This document shows, piece by piece, positions 40,561 to 50,153 of a DNA stretch of 64,000 nucleotides; within the stretch, counting starts at the first letter, position 1, and each line of letters opens with the position of its first letter. Under the pieces are notes generated by a model that searched no databases, was not told the origin of the DNA, and saw only the letters and a list, made by a program, of their open reading frames with translations. This DNA is from Candidatus Bathyarchaeota archaeon. Lineage in GTDB: Archaea; Thermoproteota; Bathyarchaeia; TCS64. The stretch covers positions 1-64,000 of the forward strand of contig CAVYLP010000001.1 in assembly GCA_963769425.1 (NCBI GenBank), read 5' to 3'. The position numbers were made by a program, and so were the translations under genes.

Positions 40561-40876
40561 CTTCGGAGTTAAATCCCGTAGTTCCCTTCTTATCCGTTTC
40601 AAGAAAAATCATCGGATCCCATGTCTTAGAATTTGGGGTTAAGCCCACGCCACCTGGACCCCTTTATATCTGGAGAATTTTTACTGGATAAGTCAAGTAT
40701 ACACAAGTGATACAGGGCCTTTTTACAGTACTGAGAAAACCGCTTTTGGTCTCAACTCCCCATGACAATATTTACTCCGATGCGACAAAGGGTGGATAAC
40801 ATTTTCCACTTGTACCCGTCGCCGATGAACTATCCGCGCAACAGAACCATCAAATACGAACCGGGGTCCCCACTTC

Positions 40877-41058
40877 GTGTAGCGCGGGAAGCCACTGAGG
40901 CCGGAGGGGCCCAGACACGCCGAGAGGCGCGATACAGGCGGGAACGGAGCCCTCGGGTTGGCCTAGGGGTACTTCAAGGGGGGGTGAAGGGGGCGGCAAG
41001 CAAACCGGGAGACAGGACTCCAGTGCCTTCTCAGACTATGATCGCACCTGCGCTACGC
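40877..41058 (+). ncRNA. Candidate ~180-nt structured RNA or 5' leader
   Basis: 12-bp closing helix GUGUAGCGCGGG/CCUGCGCUACGC, CGCC-GAGA-GGCG GNRA hairpin, further internal helices. Confidence 0.5.
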
Positions 41059-41081
41059 CTAAACCTAGGGGTAGCCATACA

Positions 41082-41414
41082 ATGATGAGACCGAGAGGAT
41101 GGACCGAACAAGAAGTCGATACGCTACGGAGATTATACCCAACCACGGCCACACTCACGGATCTCCAGAATAGCATCCCCTCCAGGAGCCCAAACTCCAT
41201 ACGCATTATGGCGTCTAGGCTAGGCCTCAGAAGGCCAGACCTCCTCACTGGCATAGAGAAGGCGGGGGAGATCAAGACCTCCGCCTCAATCGGCGGCGGC
41301 GTCCTCGTCAGGTGCAGCAGGTGCGGGGGGTGGGTCGGCGTGGCATCGGTAAAGGCAAATGGTGGCATAATCATCTGCGAGAACTGCGGATGCGTCAGCC
41401 ACGTCGGCGACTAG
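41082..41414 (+). CDS. Myb/HTH-like plus zinc-ribbon protein
   Basis: WTEQEVDTLRRLYP..RSPNSIRIMASRLGL; CSRCG..CENCG. Confidence 0.75.
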   Translation: MMRPRGWTEQEVDTLRRLYPTTATLTDLQNSIPSRSPNSIRIMASRLGLRRPDLLTGIEKAGEIKTSASIGGGVLVRCSRCGGWVGVASVKANGGIIICENCGCVSHVGD

Positions 41415-41495
41415 AGGCTTCACCAATTACTATATGTTACCACTTCATACCCTTTTTATACCAAGAGTCCGTTGTCAAAACGGAGGCGTTAGGCG

Positions 41496-42059
41496 TTGAG
41501 TCTCGAACTTGAACCGAAGATGATGGTGCGGGAGGCCATGTCGAGCCCCGTCTTCTCCATCAGCGAGGAGAGTGACATCACCGAGGTCGCCAAGTTGATG
41601 AAGGAGCACAAGCTCGGCGCCATCGTTGTGAACAACCTTGAGGGTCAGCCCGTCGGCATAGTCACCGAGAGGGACATAGTCCTCAGGGTGGTCGCCGACG
41701 GCATGTCCCTACACGGCGTGAAGGCGAATCAGGTGATGTCGAGCCCCCTCCGGGTCATCAAGGCGGAGACCCCGATAGTCGACGCGATGAGGATGATGGA
41801 TAAGCTCAACATACGCCGACTCGGCGTCACCTACAAGGGACAGCTAGTCGGCATAATAAGCCACAAGGACATCATCAGGATCATCCCCACGATAATGGAA
41901 ATCATGAGGGAGAACTCCAAGATCAACGGCGCGACAAACGGCTTCAGCCCCTCCACGGTGGGTTATTGCGACCGCTGTGAGACCTACTCGATGAACCTAC
42001 GCGCAGTAGACGGCGAGTTCCTCTGCGAGGACTGTCGGGTCGAGGAGAAGGAAGAATAA
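41496..42059 (+). CDS. CBS-domain protein with C-terminal zinc ribbon
   Basis: Two CBS repeats (VGIVTERDI, LVGIISHKDI); CDRC..CEDC. Confidence 0.92.
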   Translation: MSLELEPKMMVREAMSSPVFSISEESDITEVAKLMKEHKLGAIVVNNLEGQPVGIVTERDIVLRVVADGMSLHGVKANQVMSSPLRVIKAETPIVDAMRMMDKLNIRRLGVTYKGQLVGIISHKDIIRIIPTIMEIMRENSKINGATNGFSPSTVGYCDRCETYSMNLRAVDGEFLCEDCRVEEKEE

Positions 42060-42086
42060 ACGCCGGGGCACAATTCTAGCCTGGAC

Positions 42087-42551
42087 ATGAGGCCACGCTT
42101 CCTCCTAGATGGCATGCTCGGCAGCCTATCCCGGTGGCTCCGCATGGGTGGGTACGACACCGAGTACCTGAAGGATACTCCAGACGACGAATTGATAGAG
42201 GCCGCGAAGGGGGAGGACCGCATCCTGCTCACCCGGGACGAGGTACTAGTTCATAGGGCCTGTAAGCAGGGCGTCGAGACAATATACATCGAGAACGAGG
42301 GCGATGAGGAGGCGCTCCGCCAGCTCGCCACCCAGTTGGGGTTAGAGTACGACCCGACCCAGGCACGGTGCCCGAAGTGCAACAACACCGTCGATAAGGT
42401 TGGGAAGGAGGAGGTCGCCGACAGGGTCCCCGAGGGTACGTACAAGGTCGTCGACGATTATTGGGTATGCACTCACTGCGGTAGCATCTACTGGCGCGGT
42501 AGCCACTGGCCGAGGATAGTAGAGACCCTCAGCGACGCTGGGAAGAGATAG
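42087..42551 (+). CDS. Mut7-C RNase domain protein
   Basis: FLLDGMLGSLSRWLRMGGYD, RILLTRD, RCPKCN, CTHCGSIYWRGSH. Confidence 0.93.
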   Translation: MRPRFLLDGMLGSLSRWLRMGGYDTEYLKDTPDDELIEAAKGEDRILLTRDEVLVHRACKQGVETIYIENEGDEEALRQLATQLGLEYDPTQARCPKCNNTVDKVGKEEVADRVPEGTYKVVDDYWVCTHCGSIYWRGSHWPRIVETLSDAGKR

Positions 42552-42607
42552 ACACCTCTCCGGCAGGCTTTAAAACGCGCTGGGCACCCGAATGATGGAA
42601 GAGATAG

Positions 42608-43228
42608 ATGACCTTCGACCTTACGCTGGAGGAAGGGACTTACCTCGTCAAGTTAGCGAGGAGGACGATTGAGGCCGCTTTCACGAAGGCTGAGGTCAGC
42701 CTCGAAGACGCCCCTCAGAAGACTAAGGAGGAGTGCGGAGTCTTCGTCACTCTCAACAAGCTAGTCGGCGGGGAGCCGCAGCTCAGGGGTTGCATAGGCT
42801 ACCCGTACCCGATCAAGCCCCTCGTAGAAGCTGTTAACGACGTGGCCTACGCGGCGGCCTTCGAGGACCCCAGATTCCCTCAGTTGAATAGAACAGAGCT
42901 GAGCGAGATAGTCGTCGAGGTCAGCGTCCTTACTCCTCCTGAGTCGATCGGGGTGAAGAAGCCAGAGGAGAGCCCCTCCGCCGTCAAGGTCGGGTGTGAC
43001 GGTCTGATTGTCAAGCGCGGTGGGCGGAGCGGCCTTCTACTGCCCCAGGTAGCGACCGAATGGTGCTGGGACTCCGAGGAGTTCCTATCACAGTGCTGCG
43101 TGAAGGCAGGGCTCTCACCCGACGCTTGGCTCGTACCGGGAACACAGGTCTCCAAGTTCCAGGCTATCATCTTCGTTGAGGAGTCCCCAGGCGGGGAAGT
43201 CAAGAGGCTCGAGATTAGGGGCGAGTGA
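42608..43228 (+). CDS. AMMECR1 domain protein
   Basis: GVFVTL, LRGCIG, AAFEDPRF, GLLLPQV. Confidence 0.95.
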   Translation: MTFDLTLEEGTYLVKLARRTIEAAFTKAEVSLEDAPQKTKEECGVFVTLNKLVGGEPQLRGCIGYPYPIKPLVEAVNDVAYAAAFEDPRFPQLNRTELSEIVVEVSVLTPPESIGVKKPEESPSAVKVGCDGLIVKRGGRSGLLLPQVATEWCWDSEEFLSQCCVKAGLSPDAWLVPGTQVSKFQAIIFVEESPGGEVKRLEIRGE

Positions 43229-43235
43229 GGGCTCC

Positions 43236-44432
43236 TTGGGGGACTTCAGGGGTGCGCGAGTCTACTTCACCCCGAACGGCATAGGGCTCGGCCACGTCAG
43301 TCGGAATATGCCCATCGCCAATGAGCTGCGGAGACAAGGCGCCGACGTGCTCTTCTCCACATACCTAGAGGGCGTGGACTACGCGAAGAGGCAGGGCTTC
43401 CGCGTAGTCTCCGTGCCGCCCATCTCGATGGCAAACGACTCCTCGGGCAGTATCGACCTCAGGATGTCCAGCGTGAAGCAGGGTGTAAAGGCCCTCCCCA
43501 CCTTCATGAGGCAGGTCAACCGGGAAATCAAACACATCAAGGCATACCGACCGGACGTCGTCGTCTCCGACTCCCGCCTCTCCTCCATCTTCGCGGCGCG
43601 GATGCTCCGAGTCCCCATCCTCCTCATACTCAACCAATTCACCCCCCTCTTCCCCCGGCAGAGAGACATGTTCATGCTCGCGAAGGTCGCAGACGGCGTC
43701 ATAATGACACTCATCGGCAGGGGGTGGGGGTACGCCGACAAGATACTCATACCCGACTTTCCCGCTCCATACACTCTAAGCATCGACTGCTTAAGGATAC
43801 CCGGCCCCTACCAGAGCAAAGTGGAGCTGATTGGTGCCATTCTCCCAAAGATGCCGAGGGATGCGAGGAACAGGGACGAAGTCAGGACGAAGCTGGGCGT
43901 CGGACCGGACCAGAAGCTCATCTACGCTGGAATAAGCGGCCCACGCGCCGAGAGGCTACCTCTGCTCAAGGTGCTCGCCCCTATCTTCGAGTCGTACCCC
44001 GACGAATTCAGGGTCGTTATGTCGATGGGAAACCCAAATGGCACATCGAAGCCCGTCAGAATGGGTTCACTCATAGAAGTGGATTGGGTAAGTGACCGAT
44101 TCGACGTGCTAAACGCATGCGACCTCGTCATCTCCCGGGGTGGACACGAGACGATGATGCAGAGCATCTGCTACGATAAGCCCTCGATAATAATCCCTGT
44201 CCCAAAGCATCCAGAACAGTACGGCAACGCGAGGCGGGCCCAGGAGCTGGGCGTCGCCCACGCCGTTCACCAGAGGAATATAGAGAGGGACGGGCTCCTC
44301 CTCCTTACGGAGGAGATGCTCGGCAACGACTCATTCGGCAGGCGCCTTGCAGAGCTTAACCGCAAGGGGATCGGTGGCGGTGTCGAGAAGAGTCTCACTG
44401 CTCTCTCGGGGATCATGCGCGGTCGACCGTAA
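43236..44432 (+). CDS. GT-B glycosyltransferase (GT28 / MJ1255-like)
   Basis: GIGLGHVSR, PDVVVSD, ISRGGHETM, HPEQYGNA. Confidence 0.88.
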   Translation: MGDFRGARVYFTPNGIGLGHVSRNMPIANELRRQGADVLFSTYLEGVDYAKRQGFRVVSVPPISMANDSSGSIDLRMSSVKQGVKALPTFMRQVNREIKHIKAYRPDVVVSDSRLSSIFAARMLRVPILLILNQFTPLFPRQRDMFMLAKVADGVIMTLIGRGWGYADKILIPDFPAPYTLSIDCLRIPGPYQSKVELIGAILPKMPRDARNRDEVRTKLGVGPDQKLIYAGISGPRAERLPLLKVLAPIFESYPDEFRVVMSMGNPNGTSKPVRMGSLIEVDWVSDRFDVLNACDLVISRGGHETMMQSICYDKPSIIIPVPKHPEQYGNARRAQELGVAHAVHQRNIERDGLLLLTEEMLGNDSFGRRLAELNRKGIGGGVEKSLTALSGIMRGRP

Positions 44433-44465
44433 GGCTTGAATACGGTCACACCGAGACCGTAGGCT

Positions 44466-44810
44466 ATGGCATACTACTACGCCAAGAAGAGAAACAGGGA
44501 AGTAACGAAGTACTGGAACCAGAATGTCCTCAAGGCCTTCAACGAGTTCGACGAGAAGGTCTTCGAGCCGGGCAAGCTCGACGTGAAGACGAAGGAGCTC
44601 TGCGCGGTCGCGGCCACCTACATCACTAGGTGCCCGTACTGCATCGAGGCCCACGCTAAGAGGGCGATCGCCGCAGGCGCGACGAAGGAGGAGCTCGCCG
44701 AGGTCATCGCCGTCGCCGCGGCGCTAAACGCGGGCGCAAGCATGGCCCACATGAACTTCGCCCTCGAGGCCGGGGACGACGAGAGCAAGTATTTGAAGGA
44801 CGACGAGTAA
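44466..44810 (+). CDS. Carboxymuconolactone decarboxylase / AhpD family protein
   Basis: LDVKTKEL..RCPYCIEAH..GATKEELAE. Confidence 0.92.
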   Translation: MAYYYAKKRNREVTKYWNQNVLKAFNEFDEKVFEPGKLDVKTKELCAVAATYITRCPYCIEAHAKRAIAAGATKEELAEVIAVAAALNAGASMAHMNFALEAGDDESKYLKDDE

Positions 44811-44812
44811 GC

Positions 44813-47677
44813 CTACTTCTTTTTATCGTCCCAGTACTGCCGCGTGCGCATGTACTGGATTTTTGCCTTAAGCAGGTCCGAGTAGAACTCCTTGTCGGTG
44901 GGGTGCATCCTGCTGAGGACCTGGTAGGCGGTCACCGGGCCAACGCCGTGGACGGCGAGGGCCTCCAGCGCCTTGTGCCCGTAGCTGAGAACCATGTCGG
45001 CGGTCTTTCGCCCATTCGTGACGGTGTCCATCTCCTCGGGGAGTAGCTGCTCCCCCACCTTCATGCGGTTGAGCAGGGACTGGAAGTGGGCCGGGTCCTC
45101 GTATCGCCGTAAGACCGCGAGTAGGCCGGAGCCACATTTAGGACATGTTGGTCGCTCGGGGAGGTCCCTTATCCTCGCCTCCTTGTGCCAATCATTGCAG
45201 TTCATGCAGCTCAGCTTCACTTCGCGGGAGAGGACGCTCTTCTGCATGTACTCGAGTTGGTCGGGGACGGCGATACTCGAGTCCATTAGCTCCTCGAGGT
45301 CGGCGTACGCCTCGAGAATGTGGCGGGCGAGTGGGCTCGGCTCCCTCGCCGAGACGTAGCTCAGCTTAACAGCGCCAGAGGATATTCGGGTGGCTATCTC
45401 CTTCACGGACCCCAAGTCGAGTTTCTCGCGGTAGACCTCGCGCAGGGACTCCTTGTAGATAGGGCTGTTCCGGTACCTGCGGTAAAGCCGATTGAGCTCC
45501 GCCGCTCCCATCGTCTTCCCGCGTGGGATGGCGCCGAAGCGCTCCGCGATGAACTTCATGTTGTAGGCGTAGGGGAAACGCGCCTCCATGTACTCAGTGA
45601 GCCTCTTCTCCGCCTCCTCGGGGGTCAGGCTCTTCAGGACGTTCAGGATGTCGTCGACATCGTACTTGGTCGCCTTCTGGGGCGTCTCGATGAGGATGCG
45701 GTAGGCATCGCTCCACCAGCCTAGAATGAGGTCGCGCTCGCTGAGTGCGGCGTCGAGGACGCAGCCGAGTGTGGTGTTGACCTTGCTCCCGTAGGCGGTG
45801 TGGATGACTATGTAGCGCTCATAGGCCTCGAGGAGGATGAGGTCCTTAGTTGGGATTGGGAAGCCGTGCTTTAGCTGGTCGTCGACCTCCTTCGCCGCCA
45901 CGCCTATAGTGGCGAGTGGGACCTTGAGTTCCTTTGATAACTCCTCGACTGTCGCGTCGAGGCCCTTCGCCTTGATGCTCTCGGCTATCCTCTCCCTGAT
46001 GTCACCCACTTCTTCGGCGATGTCCTTGGTGACACCGATGAGTTCGCCGTCCCATCCGGGGAGGGCGCCGAGGGGGTCGTCGCTGGGGAGGACGAAGAGG
46101 CGTCCCTCGTCCTCGTCGATCTGGAGAATCTTCCAGACTTTGCCCTTGAGGATGACGTTGAGGCCGACGCGTGCGCGGAGGGTCCAAAACTCGTCGCCAA
46201 CCGTGCCGATGACCTTGTCGGTGACGACGTTGATGAAGGGGTAGCGTCTTTCGTCGTTGATCATACCGAGGTTCTCGAAGTAGTATCTCTGACCCTTCTT
46301 CGTCTTCTCCAGCTTATCTCCTCTCCTGTTCACTATCCTGATGGCGTTTAGGAAGTCTACGACCTCGTCGAAGTCGCCGTGACTCAGTGTCTTAAAGCAG
46401 CTCGCGCCACCCGTGATAAGGGAAAAAATTTTTTCCAGGCCTACTTCGCCATAGTCGAGTGTCATTCCGGTTATCTGGTGGGCGAGCACGTCGAGTGGGT
46501 TGACGTGTGGCATTGTAGGCTCTATCTCGTTCACCTTCGCCTTCCGAGCCGTCACCATCGACTCAAGCGCGTCCTCCCCGTAGGCGGTGATGAGGATTCC
46601 CCGAGATAGTTTGCTGAGCCTGTGGCCAGCCCGTCCCACGCGCTGTATGAGTGTTGAGACCTGGCGGGGGCTGTTGTACTGGATGGTGAGGTCGACGTTG
46701 CCCACGTCGATGCCGAGCTGGAGTGTGGAGGTGGCTACTATCGCCTTCAGCTCCCCCGCCTTGAACTTGTCCTCGACTATGTGGCGCTGCTCCCTGCTCA
46801 GGCTACCGTGGTGGACCTCGATCCCCGGGTCGAGCTTCCCCAGCTTGTGGCCGAGGCTCTCCGCCTGCCCCCTGCCCTGTACGAAGATGAGTGTCGAGTT
46901 GTGTGCCTTGACGAGGTCCCTTATGGCGCGTAGTCTGGAGGCGGCGACTGGCGTCGTGTTCAGGTCGCTGCCGATGTCGAAGTCCTCGTCCCGTGGCTCC
47001 GGGAACTCTACGTCGTACACGTAGTCCTTGTCGACGGTGACCTCGACGATCTTGATGAGGTGTGGGCCGGCGAGGAAGGCGGCGATAGTCTCCGGGTTGC
47101 CGACGGTGGCGGAGAGACCGATCCTCTGCGGGGGCCTCGCAGCGACCTCATCGAGGCGCGCCAGCCCCACTGTGAGTTGCGCCCCCCTCTTCGAGGCGGC
47201 GAGGTCGTGTATCTCGTCGATTATCACCCATTTGACGGAGGCGAGGTGCCTCCTCATGTCCTTCGTGGGGAGGATGGCCTGGAGCGTCTCGGGGGTGGTG
47301 ATGAGCATCTGCGGCGGCTTCCTTAGCTGGCTCCGCCTCTGCTTCTGCGTCGTGTCGCTGTGGCGCACCTGCACGTCGATGCCGAGGTGCTCCGCCCAAA
47401 CCATCATGCGCTTGTCGATGTCCCTGTTCAGCGCCCTGAGGGGGGTTATGTAGATGATGTTGATCCCAGTCTTGTCCCCCTCGCGCAGATAGGCGTCGAA
47501 GACGGGGAGTATCGCGGCCTCAGTCTTACCGCTCGCCGTCGGGGCGATGAGCAGGACGTTTTCCCCCGCCAAGATCGGTGGGATCACCCTCTCCTGCGGA
47601 GGCGTCGGCTTCACCATACCAAACTCGGATAGCGCCTCCTGCAGCCGGGGGTGAAGCAGATCGAAGACCGATGGCAC
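44813..47677 (-). CDS. Lhr-like SF2 helicase with C-terminal zinc finger
   Basis: APTASGKT, PLRALNRD, TTPETL, DEIH, SAT, HHGSL, QRVGRAGH; CMNC..CPKCGS. Confidence 0.93.
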   Translation of the reverse strand: MPSVFDLLHPRLQEALSEFGMVKPTPPQERVIPPILAGENVLLIAPTASGKTEAAILPVFDAYLREGDKTGINIIYITPLRALNRDIDKRMMVWAEHLGIDVQVRHSDTTQKQRRSQLRKPPQMLITTPETLQAILPTKDMRRHLASVKWVIIDEIHDLAASKRGAQLTVGLARLDEVAARPPQRIGLSATVGNPETIAAFLAGPHLIKIVEVTVDKDYVYDVEFPEPRDEDFDIGSDLNTTPVAASRLRAIRDLVKAHNSTLIFVQGRGQAESLGHKLGKLDPGIEVHHGSLSREQRHIVEDKFKAGELKAIVATSTLQLGIDVGNVDLTIQYNSPRQVSTLIQRVGRAGHRLSKLSRGILITAYGEDALESMVTARKAKVNEIEPTMPHVNPLDVLAHQITGMTLDYGEVGLEKIFSLITGGASCFKTLSHGDFDEVVDFLNAIRIVNRRGDKLEKTKKGQRYYFENLGMINDERRYPFINVVTDKVIGTVGDEFWTLRARVGLNVILKGKVWKILQIDEDEGRLFVLPSDDPLGALPGWDGELIGVTKDIAEEVGDIRERIAESIKAKGLDATVEELSKELKVPLATIGVAAKEVDDQLKHGFPIPTKDLILLEAYERYIVIHTAYGSKVNTTLGCVLDAALSERDLILGWWSDAYRILIETPQKATKYDVDDILNVLKSLTPEEAEKRLTEYMEARFPYAYNMKFIAERFGAIPRGKTMGAAELNRLYRRYRNSPIYKESLREVYREKLDLGSVKEIATRISSGAVKLSYVSAREPSPLARHILEAYADLEELMDSSIAVPDQLEYMQKSVLSREVKLSCMNCNDWHKEARIRDLPERPTCPKCGSGLLAVLRRYEDPAHFQSLLNRMKVGEQLLPEEMDTVTNGRKTADMVLSYGHKALEALAVHGVGPVTAYQVLSRMHPTDKEFYSDLLKAKIQYMRTRQYWDDKKK

Positions 47678-47737
47678 GATAAAACGTGCACGAGACTAGA
47701 ATAAAACGGGTTTCACCAATGGAATGAACTATATCTC

Positions 47738-48517
47738 TTAGGTCTGGTCAGCGTACTTGATCCACGTGTACGTTCCGATCGCCCCGCCCAAACAGGTGAG
47801 GAGGACGATGAGGTAGCTGACGGCACCTAGCGGGTCTCCCCCCGTGTTGGCCTTGATGAAGAGCGCCGGGACAGCGTACGGGAAATACATACCGTACCCG
47901 ATCACCTCTGATACCTGTGCCAACGCCAGCGCCAAGAACATGAAGCCCACAGATGGGAGATATCCGCGCCCAACGAAGGCGACGAGAGCAATTGGGGTGA
48001 TCAACAGGATATTCATGACCCCGACGACGAGAATCGTTGACATACCACTAAGAATGACCTCCGAGGATAGACCGGGTAACACCACCGCGTAGCCCAGAAA
48101 TACGCCGAGCACGGAAACTAGGGCTATCATCAGCAGGGACCATAGAGCGAAGACCGAATACTTCGCGGCTATGAATGCCGAGCGGGATGTAGGAAGCGCG
48201 AGCAGATCCTTCATGGTATGATCTGAATGCTCCCTACCGAAGACCCAGCCACCCATCAAGGCGCTTATGATTATTAGTCCCATGACGCCCTGGGAAAGCA
48301 TCCCGAGATACGTCGACCAGTCAACCGCACCCACCAGTATCTGCGCTTTGACGCCGATGATGCCGAGGCGACGCGCCCCCTCGGGGTCCTTCATGATCAC
48401 CATGAAAAACGCCATTGCCAGTGGAAGCAGGGCATAACCTAGGGAAATGAAGAGGGGAACCCTCGATCTCCTGACCTTCAATAACTCCGCCCAGAGGGCT
48501 GCCACGAAACCCTTCAT
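47738..48517 (-). CDS. ABC-2 type permease (bacitracin/lantibiotic-resistance-like)
   Basis: AELLKVRRS, FGREHSDHTMKDLLALP; six TM. Confidence 0.88.
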   Translation of the reverse strand: MKGFVAALWAELLKVRRSRVPLFISLGYALLPLAMAFFMVIMKDPEGARRLGIIGVKAQILVGAVDWSTYLGMLSQGVMGLIIISALMGGWVFGREHSDHTMKDLLALPTSRSAFIAAKYSVFALWSLLMIALVSVLGVFLGYAVVLPGLSSEVILSGMSTILVVGVMNILLITPIALVAFVGRGYLPSVGFMFLALALAQVSEVIGYGMYFPYAVPALFIKANTGGDPLGAVSYLIVLLTCLGGAIGTYTWIKYADQT

Positions 48518-49437
48518 GGCGTCACGCCTCCCTCAACGAGCTGGAGGAAGTGCGCCTCCAAGTCTAACTGTTCGACCCTGAGCGACATGGGGGGATATCC
48601 CGCTTCTACGAGCAGCGAAGCGATCTGGTCCGGGTTGTCCACGGCGTCCTGACCGTGTACCGTGATCTCGCCGTTGAGTGATGCGTCAAGCCCTGTGGAC
48701 TCGAGATACCTGAGGGCCGCCGCGTTGTCGCGGGTCTGAATAACAAGCGTCTTCCTGGCGCGCCTCTCCAGATCGGAAGCGTCTATCTCCTCAAGCAGCC
48801 GCCCACCATGTATTATCCCTATACGCGTCGCGAGGCGATTCACCTCGCCTAGTATATGCGACGACATGAAGACGGTCGTCCCCGCCTTCACCAACCCGAG
48901 GAGCATCTCCCGCACCTCCACTATTCCCGCCGGGTCCAACCCGTTCGAGGGCTCATCTAGGATCAGAAGCTCCGGTTCGTTGATGAGCGCCTTCGCCAAC
49001 CCCAGGCGCTGAATGTTACCTGTAGAGAGTGCTTGGGCGCGTCGATCCGTGAACTCTGTCAGGCCCAACTTTTCTATCACTGAATCTACGGCTTTGTGAT
49101 CATGTATCAGGTGGAGTCGGCGTGCGACATCCAGATTCTCCCGCACGGTCAGCTCGGGGTAGGTGGATGGCCGCTCGACGAGGTAGCCGACGCGCGACCA
49201 GAGCGCATTGGAGCTTGGGGACACACGTTCACCGAAGATGCTCACCGATCCCGATGTGGGGTTGATCATCCCGAGAAGCATCCGGATCGTCGTCGTTTTC
49301 CCGGCGCCGTTCAACCCGAGGAAACCGTATATTTCCCCCTTGTTTAGCGTGATCGACAGCCGATCCACCGCCGTCACTTTTCCGAACCGTTTCGTCAGGT
49401 TACTTGTTTTTATCACTTCAGACATTAGGAACTCCAA
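48514..49437 (-). CDS. ABC transporter ATP-binding protein (BcrA-like)
   Basis: GLNGAGKTT, LSTGNIQRLG, ILDEPSNGLDP, SSHIL. Confidence 0.93.
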   Translation of the reverse strand: MEFLMSEVIKTSNLTKRFGKVTAVDRLSITLNKGEIYGFLGLNGAGKTTTIRMLLGMINPTSGSVSIFGERVSPSSNALWSRVGYLVERPSTYPELTVRENLDVARRLHLIHDHKAVDSVIEKLGLTEFTDRRAQALSTGNIQRLGLAKALINEPELLILDEPSNGLDPAGIVEVREMLLGLVKAGTTVFMSSHILGEVNRLATRIGIIHGGRLLEEIDASDLERRARKTLVIQTRDNAAALRYLESTGLDASLNGEITVHGQDAVDNPDQIASLLVEAGYPPMSLRVEQLDLEAHFLQLVEGGVTP

Positions 49438-49440
49438 CTA

Positions 49441-49470
49441 ACCATGAGTATATTATGTTATACTATCGGT
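49441..49470. promoter_or_regulatory. Putative TetR operator between divergent genes
   Basis: ACCatgAGTATA-ttatgt-TATACTatcGGT inverted repeat. Confidence 0.5.
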
Positions 49471-49524
49471 CATTTTAATATACTTACCGTTTTGTATTTA
49501 TACCCCAAAATAGAATAATATATC

Positions 49525-50106
49525 ATGCCGAAGGTCGTCCCCGAGTACAAAGAAGTGGCCCGGACAAGGATTATCCAGGCGGCCACCAAAATATTCACCG
49601 AAAAAGGTTACCAGAACGCCAGCATGGACGACATCGCCAAGGAGATAGGCGTCACGAAAGCCACGCTCTATTCATACTTCGACAGCAAGAAGGACATCTA
49701 CAACATCATCGCAATATCAGCAAACCAGAGAATGCGTGATACCCTGCAAACATCGCTCAACAACCACGACTACGTGGCAGCTCTCGGGGGGATAGTCAAC
49801 TGGAAGATAGACCTCCTGAAGGAGTTCATACACGCCAGCATCGACATAGTGAAGCTCTCACCGAACGACGAGGAGGTTACAAAGATACTAAGGGACGAGC
49901 GGGAGAAAGACTTGAAGGCGCTTCAGGACTTCTTCCAAGGCCAGATAGATAACAAGACTATACGCAGCGACGTGGACGCGTACACGTTAGCGAATATAGT
50001 CCTCGCGCTCTACTGGGAGATGATAACCCAGCTCTACGCCGGGTTTGACAGGGAGAAGGTTCAGGAGACGTGGAGCAGGAGCATGACGGCGATAATCGGT
50101 GCGTAA
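49525..50106 (+). CDS. TetR/AcrR family regulator
   Basis: FTEKGYQNASMDDIAKEIGVTKATLYSYFDSK. Confidence 0.95.
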   Translation: MPKVVPEYKEVARTRIIQAATKIFTEKGYQNASMDDIAKEIGVTKATLYSYFDSKKDIYNIIAISANQRMRDTLQTSLNNHDYVAALGGIVNWKIDLLKEFIHASIDIVKLSPNDEEVTKILRDEREKDLKALQDFFQGQIDNKTIRSDVDAYTLANIVLALYWEMITQLYAGFDREKVQETWSRSMTAIIGA

Positions 50107-50153
50107 CAGCCGTCTGCTTTCTACCAGATTATTTATGAAGGATAGTGGAGAGG

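Noticed and set aside
40351-40602. 83-aa minus-strand ORF
   Set aside because: No motifs; the opposite-strand zinc-ribbon ORF 40405..40560 is the better explanation
40877-41058. Cobalamin or glycine riboswitch
   Set aside because: GCCACUG, CGCCGAGAGGCGC and CUCAG resemble pieces of these motifs, but the other conserved elements are missing or out of order and the downstream gene is unrelated
43236-44432. MurG as part of a peptidoglycan pathway with the MurL/Ddl/Alr-like genes
   Set aside because: GT28/MJ1255-like glycosyltransferases are common in archaea and this one sits in a separate operon 8 kb away; no evidence of linkage
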